Assembly: GCA_008933705.1 (NCBI GenBank)
Contig: WBUN01000013.1
Span: forward strand, 25,793-89,792
DNA: 64,000 nt
Reading direction: 5' to 3'
Source of the DNA: Hyphomicrobiaceae bacterium
GTDB taxonomy: Bacteria; Pseudomonadota; Alphaproteobacteria; Rhizobiales; Hyphomicrobiaceae
Position 1 is the first letter of the stretch. Each line of letters opens with the position of its first letter. The position numbers were made by a program, and so were the translations under genes. The notes beneath the pieces were generated by a model. It saw nothing but the letters and a program-made list of their open reading frames with translations. It did not search any database and had not been told where the DNA came from. Shown here piece after piece: positions 58,398 to 64,000 of the stretch.

Positions 58398-58940
58398 TCA
58401 GTGTGTTCTCCTGTCGCGCGAATTCAGCAGCGCCCGAAAGTCGAAGTCGTCGTACTTCAGCCGCGGCGCCTTCCGCCTGCCTTCACCCTCCTCGAACTCG
58501 ACAATCTCGAACTTCTCCAACATCACCAGAGAGCGCCGAACATCCGCCTTCGTGCGACCGACCGCGTTCGCGAGCTCGGTCACCGATCCAAGATCCTTCT
58601 GGCGCAGGGTCATGATGAGCATCATGTTTTGTCGCGAGAATACACGCGCGAGCGCCTCGAAGGATGTGAACCACACCCGGGGATCGGTCGGGAGCTGCTT
58701 CTTCTGGCTCTTCGCAATCGCCAGCATGCGGTTGTGGATGTACTCCCGGGACGCGATGCCGACGTGTAGGATGCGCTTGGTCAGAGCACGACCTCCTTCT
58801 TCGAAATCCTGTCTGAGCCGCTGCGCAACTTGCGAGTCGGGTCGGAAGAGCCTATCTGAGTCGCGTTCCCGCTCTGCTTCGGCATCGGGCTTAAGTCCCC
58901 GAGAGGGGCCTCTATGTGGCGGCGATAGCAAGCACTGCAT
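58398..58940 (-). CDS. wHTH transcriptional regulator-like protein
   Basis: ILHVGIASREYIHNRMLAIAKS...VWFTSFEALARVFS...LGSVTELANAVGRTKADVRRSLVMLEKFEIVE is a pattern seen in small MarR-like/antitoxin-like regulators. Start uncertain. Confidence 0.55.
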   Translation of the reverse strand: MQCLLSPPHRGPSRGLKPDAEAERERDSDRLFRPDSQVAQRLRQDFEEGGRALTKRILHVGIASREYIHNRMLAIAKSQKKQLPTDPRVWFTSFEALARVFSRQNMMLIMTLRQKDLGSVTELANAVGRTKADVRRSLVMLEKFEIVEFEEGEGRRKAPRLKYDDFDFRALLNSRDRRTH

Positions 58941-58991
58941 AGCGACTCGTTGGACCTCGACCTCCGAGGTCCCTGCTGGAGAATCGATGGT

Positions 58992-59028
58992 GAGGCCGAC
59001 GGCTCAGCTGGTCGGCCTCTTCCTTTTG
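58992..59028 (+). terminator. intrinsic-terminator-like hairpin
   Basis: GAGGCCGAC(58992-59000)-N10-GTCGGCCTC(59011-59019), followed by TTCCTTTTG. No plus-strand gene ends nearby, so its role is unclear. Confidence 0.4.
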
Positions 59029-59114
59029 CCGAGCAGCGTGCTCACCCTCTGGAATTTTCTGCGGCCGCCCTTAACACTTAAGCCAGTTTCGTGTATACGA
59101 ATCACTAGACTTGC

Positions 59115-59224
59115 GCGCAGCGCACGCCCGGACGATCCCAGATCGCTCCGGGTTTTGTGTTTTCAGGGCTGGAAGCCCATGAACCTCGAGCAAATCGGCG
59201 GCTCCAATGTCGCGATCTACCTGG
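59115..59224. repeat. 110-bp direct repeat, copy 1
   Basis: gcgcagcgcacgcccggacgatcccagatcgctccgggttttgtgttttcagggctggaagcccATGaacctcgag...ctacctgg. 107/110 identical to 60820-60929. Confidence 0.9.
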
Positions 59225-59376
59225 TTGGCGCGGCTTGCGCCATTGCTGCGGCCGCGATCCAAGGTGGGTGGTTCGCGGCTCTGACCACGGCCAGCTCTCT
59301 GCTCATCGGTCTCTCGGGCGTTCGCGGTGCGGTCGCCGTCTATACGGGGTCGCAGACAACACCGCCAAGAGCATAG
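59179..59376 (+). CDS. small two-TM membrane protein (65 aa)
   Basis: MNLEQIGGSNVAIYLVGAACAIAAAAIQGGWFAALTTASSLLIGLSGV. Its first 46 nt lie in the 110-bp direct repeat. Confidence 0.5.
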   Translation: MNLEQIGGSNVAIYLVGAACAIAAAAIQGGWFAALTTASSLLIGLSGVRGAVAVYTGSQTTPPRA

Positions 59377-59405
59377 GGCCGCTGCCTTCTGTTCTCGCGC
59401 CGTGA

Positions 59406-59612
59406 GACCTGGAGGCCTTCGTCGCGGAGAGGGCCGCAGATCTGACGTTTAGCAAAACAGCGACGATGTTGCGGGTCAGCCCATCGACGCTGGAGCATCT
59501 CATCCGGAAAGATGCGGACTTTGCGGCACCGCACCTGCGGGAGCGCAGACGCTTCTTCGCGCGTGCTGCGCTCGCTGAGTATCTGGCGCACCCAACAAAG
59601 CACGCGCACTAA
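59406..59612 (+). CDS. excisionase/AlpA-like HTH ORF (no canonical start upstream of the HTH)
   Basis: DLTFSKTATMLRVSPSTLEHLIRKDADFAAP...RRFFARAALAEYL resembles Xis/AlpA. The frame is open from 59406. The only ATG (59466) falls inside the HTH. Confidence 0.45.
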   Translation, partial: DLEAFVAERAADLTFSKTATMLRVSPSTLEHLIRKDADFAAPHLRERRRFFARAALAEYLAHPTKHAH

Positions 59613-59652
59613 GTCCATTTCAGATCGGCCGGTAGGGCCCGGACAGGACGAC

Positions 59653-60687
59653 ATGCAACGCGAGTTCGAGACGAGCAAAAGGATCAGCCGCGACAGAGTC
59701 TTAGCGGCCTTCCGCTTCATCGCACCCGACGAGGATATCGACTTGGCCGAGGCCAAGGCGCCGAAGACCATTTTGCAGTACGCGAGCGTCTGGCGCTTGT
59801 ACACACAATGGTGTCAGGAGCGCGGCTTCTCCGCCGTGCCCGCGTCGCCGGCGCAGCTGCGGGAATACCTACGGCACCTGCAGGGCCTCGGCCACTCCCC
59901 CTCATCGTTGGATTCCTACCTGGCCGCCGTCGCCGCGGTTCACCGATATCGGGGATACCGGGTAGACCGCACGTTGCTGATCGAACCGCTGAAGGCCGCA
60001 CGCCGACGCGCGGGCCCGCCCCGACAGGCACGGGCGCTGATGGGAATGGAGCTCAAGAAGGTAGTGGGTGGGCTCAAGGCCGATCACCCGCGCGATGCCC
60101 GCGACGCCGTCATCCTGCTGTTGGGATTCGCCTGCGCGCTGCGCAGCGCGGAGATCGTGGGGCTCGACTGGCAGCGGCGCGGCAGCACCCTGGCCGGCGG
60201 CACGGGCACGCTCGGCTTCGAGCGCAGCGGCCTGCTCGTCGTGTTGGCGACCTCCAAGGCCTCGCAGGTGACTCCCGTGGAACTGCCCATCGCCGACAGG
60301 GAGATGCCATCGCTCACCGTTTGGGTGGAACGTTGGGTGGCTCTGGCACAGATCGGCGCCGGCGAGCCGATCTTCCGTCCCATTGACAACCGCGGGCGCA
60401 TTCTGGCCCGCCGGCTCGCGCCTCCAGCCATTGCCGAGATTGTCCGGGCCCGGATGCTTGCGCATGCCAAGGCCACCGGTATGCCCGAGACTGAGGCGAT
60501 CTTGCTCGCCAGGGCCTTCAGCGCGCACTCTCTAAGGCGCGGCTATTGCTCGACGGCGAGCGAGGCCAAGCTGCCGTTGGGCCAGATCCGGCGCCGTTCG
60601 CGCCACGGCTCCGACGAACTGCTGGCGCGCTACATCCGCACCGCCGAAGGCCGACGTCAGAGCGGCCTCGGCAAGATCGGGTTTTGA
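59653..60687 (+). CDS. tyrosine recombinase/integrase
   Basis: SAM-like N-domain (YASVWRLYTQWCQERG...YLRHLQ). Catalytic domain with ALRSAE (Arg), HSLRRG (H-x-x-R) and LLARYIR (Tyr). Confidence 0.85.
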   Translation: MQREFETSKRISRDRVLAAFRFIAPDEDIDLAEAKAPKTILQYASVWRLYTQWCQERGFSAVPASPAQLREYLRHLQGLGHSPSSLDSYLAAVAAVHRYRGYRVDRTLLIEPLKAARRRAGPPRQARALMGMELKKVVGGLKADHPRDARDAVILLLGFACALRSAEIVGLDWQRRGSTLAGGTGTLGFERSGLLVVLATSKASQVTPVELPIADREMPSLTVWVERWVALAQIGAGEPIFRPIDNRGRILARRLAPPAIAEIVRARMLAHAKATGMPETEAILLARAFSAHSLRRGYCSTASEAKLPLGQIRRRSRHGSDELLARYIRTAEGRRQSGLGKIGF

Positions 60688-60819
60688 GAGCGGAGATGCA
60701 ACACGAATCGGTCGCGCTCTTGTACCGTCACAGTCGCGCATGGTGCGCCCAGCGCCTCGGCAGCGCGCCACTCGTGCCCGCCGCCGTCGCCGAACGTGCC
60801 TCAACGCACGAGGTGATCA

Positions 60820-60929
60820 GCGCAGCGCGCGCCCGGACGATCCCAGATCGCTCCGGGTTTTGTGTTTTCAGGGCTGGAAGGCCATGAACCTCGAGCAAAT
60901 CGGCGGCTCCAATGTCGCGAACTACCTGG
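60820..60929. repeat. 110-bp direct repeat, copy 2
   Basis: Offset is exactly 1705 bp from copy 1. The pair brackets the xis-like ORF and the tyrosine integrase. Confidence 0.9.
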
Positions 60930-61332
60930 CTGCCGCGCTCGGCGATCAGGCGCCACGAGGACGGCGCCATCACAATGCCGCGCACGATGGCGCAGGCGAA
61001 GGGCCTGCTGCCGATCGAGACGAGCGCAGCCCCGCCGGCGTGACCGGAGGAACGAACGCTGTGGTCGCCATCGTCTACATCCGGCGAGCCTTGGCGGGAC
61101 TTCTGCAATGGGTTCCGCCGAGGCTGGCGCAGGTCGAGGGGCCGCTGACAGAGAGCCCGTACATTCCGCTTTCGTTCTGGCGTATGCGGAACGAATCAGC
61201 TACATTGACTCCATCGCGCCGTCTTCACTGCTGACGGCCCCCATGTTTCCCGCCTCGCTTGGGTCCTTCCCAGGCGAGATGAATGCGGGGAACAGAGGCG
61301 CTTTAGCCATCCAGCGACAGACCTGCAAACTG

Positions 61333-61965
61333 ATGCGACACCCGATCAAGGGCGGCGCGGCTGCCGGTGACCTCATCAGCATTCGTGCGGCCGCCAAGCA
61401 TCTCGATGTTGCGCTCCACCACAGCGTTCTGGCGAAGCACGTCAAGAGTGGGCAGGTCCGCTCCCACGGCGGGAAAGTACGGCTCTCGGAGGTCATCGAG
61501 GATCTCGCCAAGAACATCGATCACAGCCGTGCGCATCGCAGGCGCAAGCCGCTGCCGATCAGCTCCTCGGGCGATGCGACAGGCGTTGCGACACCCGATG
61601 AGACACAACCCGCCGATGGGGCAGCAAGGGCCATTGCGGCAAACGAGCGAAAGCCAGACAACGAACCCGACATGCTGCCCTACAACCAGGCGCGTGCGAA
61701 GAAGGAGACGTGGCTCGCACGGCTGCGGCGCCTCGAATTCCAGCTGAAGTCCGGTTCTCTGGTCGATGCTGAGGCGGTGAAGAAGGCCGTCTTCAACTGC
61801 GCCCGAGAGGAGCGTGATGCCCTCATGAACTGGCCGGCGCGCGTAACGCCATTGATCGCAGCGGAGGTAGGGGCAGACCCGGTCGCGCTCGCTGTTGCCT
61901 TGGAAAAGCATGTCAGAGAGCACCTCGCGGGACGGGCTACCCGCTTCAACATCGCCTCCGGTTGA
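61333..61965 (+). CDS. terminase small subunit (Nu1-like)
   Basis: N-terminal HTH-like ISIRAAAKHLDVALHHSVLAKHVKSG. YNQARAKKETWLARLRRLEFQLKSGSLVDAEAV is typical of lambda-type small terminases. Directly upstream of the gpA homologue. Confidence 0.7.
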   Translation: MRHPIKGGAAAGDLISIRAAAKHLDVALHHSVLAKHVKSGQVRSHGGKVRLSEVIEDLAKNIDHSRAHRRRKPLPISSSGDATGVATPDETQPADGAARAIAANERKPDNEPDMLPYNQARAKKETWLARLRRLEFQLKSGSLVDAEAVKKAVFNCAREERDALMNWPARVTPLIAAEVGADPVALAVALEKHVREHLAGRATRFNIASG

Positions 61966-63880
61966 TCAGTCACGGCCTGCCGAAGAAGCGTCGATCCGGT
62001 TCGTCCAGTCGATCTGGGCGGAGGGCATTGCCCCGGAGCCGACACTGACAGTCAGCCAATGGGCTGATGCGCACCGGGTGCTGTCTCAGAAGGCCGCGAG
62101 CGAGCCAGGTCCATGGCAAACAGCCCGGACGCCCTACCTGCGGGAAATCATGGACGCGCTGTCCACGAGCTCGCCAGCGCGCCGCATTGCGTTCATGAAG
62201 GGTGCGCAGATCGGAGCGACGGAGGCCGGCAACAACTGGATCGGCTACGTCATCCATCATGCGCCGGGGCCCATGCTGTCGGTCTCACCGACCATGGACC
62301 TCGCGAGACGCAATTCGAGGCAGCGCATAGCGCCGCTCATCGAGGAAAGCCCCGCTCTCCGCGGTCTGGTCAAGGAGAGCCGGGCGCGCGATAGCGGCAA
62401 CACCGTCTTCAGCAAGGACTTCCCCGGCGGCGTGCTGGTTTTGACCGGTGCGAATTCGGCCGTTGGCCTGCGCTCGATGCCGGCGCGCTACCTGTTCCTC
62501 GACGAGGTCGACGCGTATCCCGGCGATGTGGACGGTGAAGGTGAGCCGGTGGCCCTCGCGGAGGCCCGCACGCGCACCTTCCAGAGGCGGAAGGTCTTCA
62601 TCGTGTCCACGCCGACGATCGCCGGCAGGTCCCGCATCGAGAGGGAGTTCCTGAAATCCGATCAGCGCCGCTTCTTCGTGCCCTGCGCGCATTGCGATGC
62701 CTATCAGACGCTCAAGTTCGCCCAGCTGAAGTGGCCCAAAGGCGAGCCACGCAAGGCGAAATACGTCTGCGAGGTTTGCGGCGGGGCGCTTGGCGACGAG
62801 CACAAGACCGAAATGCTGCGGCGGGGGGAATGGCGCCCGACCGCAATAGGGGATGGCCAGACGATAGGGTTCCACCTCTCCAGCTTATACAGCCCCGTTG
62901 GGTGGATGAGCTGGGTGGATATCGCCGAGCGCTGGACGGCCGCGCAGGGCGATCCGGATCTGCTGAAGGAGTTCATCAATACGGTCCTGGGCGAGACCTG
63001 GCAGGCCAAGGGCGACGCGCCTGAATGGGACTTGATCTATCGCCGGCGCGAGCAATACCGCAGCGGAACCCTGCCGCGCGGTGTCCTGATCCTGTTCGGT
63101 GCGGCGGACGTCCAGAAGGATCGCATCGAGGTCGGCATCTGGGGGTTCGGTCGGAATAGGGAGCGCTGGTTCATCGAGAAGCGCATCCTGCCCGGCCCAA
63201 CCAATCGACCCGAGGTATGGGATGCCCTGGCGGGCATGCTGGATGATACCTGGCCGCACGAAAGCGGCGCCGAGCTGCAGGTCCGCGACTGGGGTATAGA
63301 CTCGGGTGCATTTGCCCCTGATGTCGGCGCCTTCGTGCGATCCCAGAGAGGGCGCGGGAACGTCCACGCCGTCGACGGCCGAGATGACTACACAGCCGCC
63401 TTCACGGGCCTCGGCCATCTCGACTTCACGGCCGCCGGCAAGAAGATCAAGCGCGGGCTGAAAACGCTGCGCATCGGCGTGTCCTATTGCAAGCAGGAAC
63501 TTATGGCGCAGCTTTCCCTTGAGCCGCCTGAGAAGAGCGATCTTCCGTTCCTGCCTGGGTACATCCACCTTCCGGGCGATGTGTCCGAAGACACGGTCAA
63601 GCAGTTGACCTCGGAATCGCTCGTCAGCACGACCGAGCGCGGAAAAGTGAAGCGCCGCTGGGTGGTGATCGAGGGCCGGCGCAACGAAGACCTGGACATC
63701 AGCAATTACTGTCGCGGGCTCGCGGCGATGCGCGGATGGGACAAGTGGCGGGAGAGCCGGTTTGCAGAGCTCGAAGCGCTCCTAAACATCAGTAACCCGA
63801 CGCCAGGCGGCAGCCATGCGCTACCGCCTGTCAAGCGCTTCCTGCGACGCGGCGGGACGTCCTCTTTCATGAAACGGTGA
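61895..63880 (+). CDS. terminase large subunit (lambda GpA family)
   Basis: SQWADAHRVLSQKAASEPGPWQTARTPYLREIMD, KGAQIGATE (Walker A-like) and LFLDEVD (Walker B). The start overlaps the small subunit (61895 or 61910). Confidence 0.9.
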   Translation: MPWKSMSESTSRDGLPASTSPPVDQSRPAEEASIRFVQSIWAEGIAPEPTLTVSQWADAHRVLSQKAASEPGPWQTARTPYLREIMDALSTSSPARRIAFMKGAQIGATEAGNNWIGYVIHHAPGPMLSVSPTMDLARRNSRQRIAPLIEESPALRGLVKESRARDSGNTVFSKDFPGGVLVLTGANSAVGLRSMPARYLFLDEVDAYPGDVDGEGEPVALAEARTRTFQRRKVFIVSTPTIAGRSRIEREFLKSDQRRFFVPCAHCDAYQTLKFAQLKWPKGEPRKAKYVCEVCGGALGDEHKTEMLRRGEWRPTAIGDGQTIGFHLSSLYSPVGWMSWVDIAERWTAAQGDPDLLKEFINTVLGETWQAKGDAPEWDLIYRRREQYRSGTLPRGVLILFGAADVQKDRIEVGIWGFGRNRERWFIEKRILPGPTNRPEVWDALAGMLDDTWPHESGAELQVRDWGIDSGAFAPDVGAFVRSQRGRGNVHAVDGRDDYTAAFTGLGHLDFTAAGKKIKRGLKTLRIGVSYCKQELMAQLSLEPPEKSDLPFLPGYIHLPGDVSEDTVKQLTSESLVSTTERGKVKRRWVVIEGRRNEDLDISNYCRGLAAMRGWDKWRESRFAELEALLNISNPTPGGSHALPPVKRFLRRGGTSSFMKR

Positions 63881-63885
63881 CTCTA

Positions 63886-64000
63886 ATGGCTACGCTCGAA
63901 GAGCTGCAGACCCGTCTTGCCGCCCTCAAGAAGGCGCTCGCTTCCGGCCACAAGTCGGTGTCCTACGGCGAGCACCGCGTGGACTATCGCAGCATCGACG
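63886..64000 (+). CDS. head-tail joining protein gpW-like (3' end beyond window)
   Basis: MATLEELQTRLAALKKALASGHKSVSYGEHRVDYRSID parallels lambda gpW. Position after Nu1-A matches lambda order. Confidence 0.6.
   Translation, partial: MATLEELQTRLAALKKALASGHKSVSYGEHRVDYRSID

Larger units (their letters stand above)
21055..64000. mobile_element. prophage integrated at tRNA-Thr; right end beyond window
   Basis: The serine recombinase abuts the tRNA. It is followed by immunity, replication and modification genes, morons and lambda-type Nu1/A/W packaging genes. Many 4-nt start/stop overlaps. Confidence 0.85.

Noticed and set aside
60884-61234. Second MNLEQIGGSNVA... ORF after repeat copy 2 as a real gene
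   Set aside because: Beyond the 15 duplicated codons the sequence is charged and low-complexity, unlike the two-TM protein that continues from copy 1. It was treated as an orphan 5' fragment. Which copy is ancestral remains unresolved.
1-64000. CRISPR arrays, rRNA genes, reverse transcriptases, recognised multi-gene defence systems (RM type I/III, CBASS, Gabija, etc.)
   Set aside because: No regularly spaced short repeats, rRNA-like segments or signature motifs of these systems were seen by eye. Absence cannot be proven without profile searches.

Overview
High-GC alphaproteobacterial DNA (Bradyrhizobiaceae-like by gene content; this is inference, no database search was possible). Family calls come from motifs read by eye. 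Coordinates of sub-ORF starts were derived from the ORF track and checked against the sequence lines.

Bases 1-21,000 are chromosomal and dominated by the general stress response (GSR).
- Two adjacent PhyR/NepR partner-switch modules sit next to a single EcfG sigma factor.
- At least seven GGAAC-N16-CGTT (EcfG-type) boxes are visible.
- One box drives a candidate ~90-nt C-rich sRNA with its own terminator. Another sits directly in front of egtBD (ergothioneine).
- The region also holds ku-ligD (NHEJ), a KGG stress protein, two metalloproteases, and the der / bamB / yfgM-like housekeeping block.

A prophage starts at tRNA-Thr(CGU) (21002-21076) and runs past the window end.
- A large serine recombinase ends inside the tRNA.
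- A leftward operon contains a DUF5131 gene.
- The immunity region has two tandem XRE/S24-fold repressors and a Cro-like gene.
- The replication/modification block holds VRR-NUC, GcrA-like, two DnaA-domain-IV-like proteins, a C5-MTase, a PP-loop enzyme, an NPPF MTase, a GapR-like protein and dCMP deaminase.
- A lower-GC moron carries PilZ and TadG/vWA genes.
- A toxin-antitoxin island holds three Hic and two Hig modules, followed by a xis/int cassette and lambda-type Nu1-A-W packaging genes.

The most unusual items are:
1. An ~0.9-kb ORF-poor, hairpin-dense segment (33940-34830), a candidate large structured RNA. It lies behind a promoter-like motif that recurs six times, including in front of a phage tRNA-Met.
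2. A family of six small coiled-coil paralogues, four of them in tandem. Two copies have a promoter geometry that predicts leaderless mRNAs.
3. A recurring pattern in which single genes are bracketed by imperfect direct repeats copied from the end of the neighbouring gene.
4. A C5-methyltransferase whose variable region holds six tandem 'VADPR' modules.
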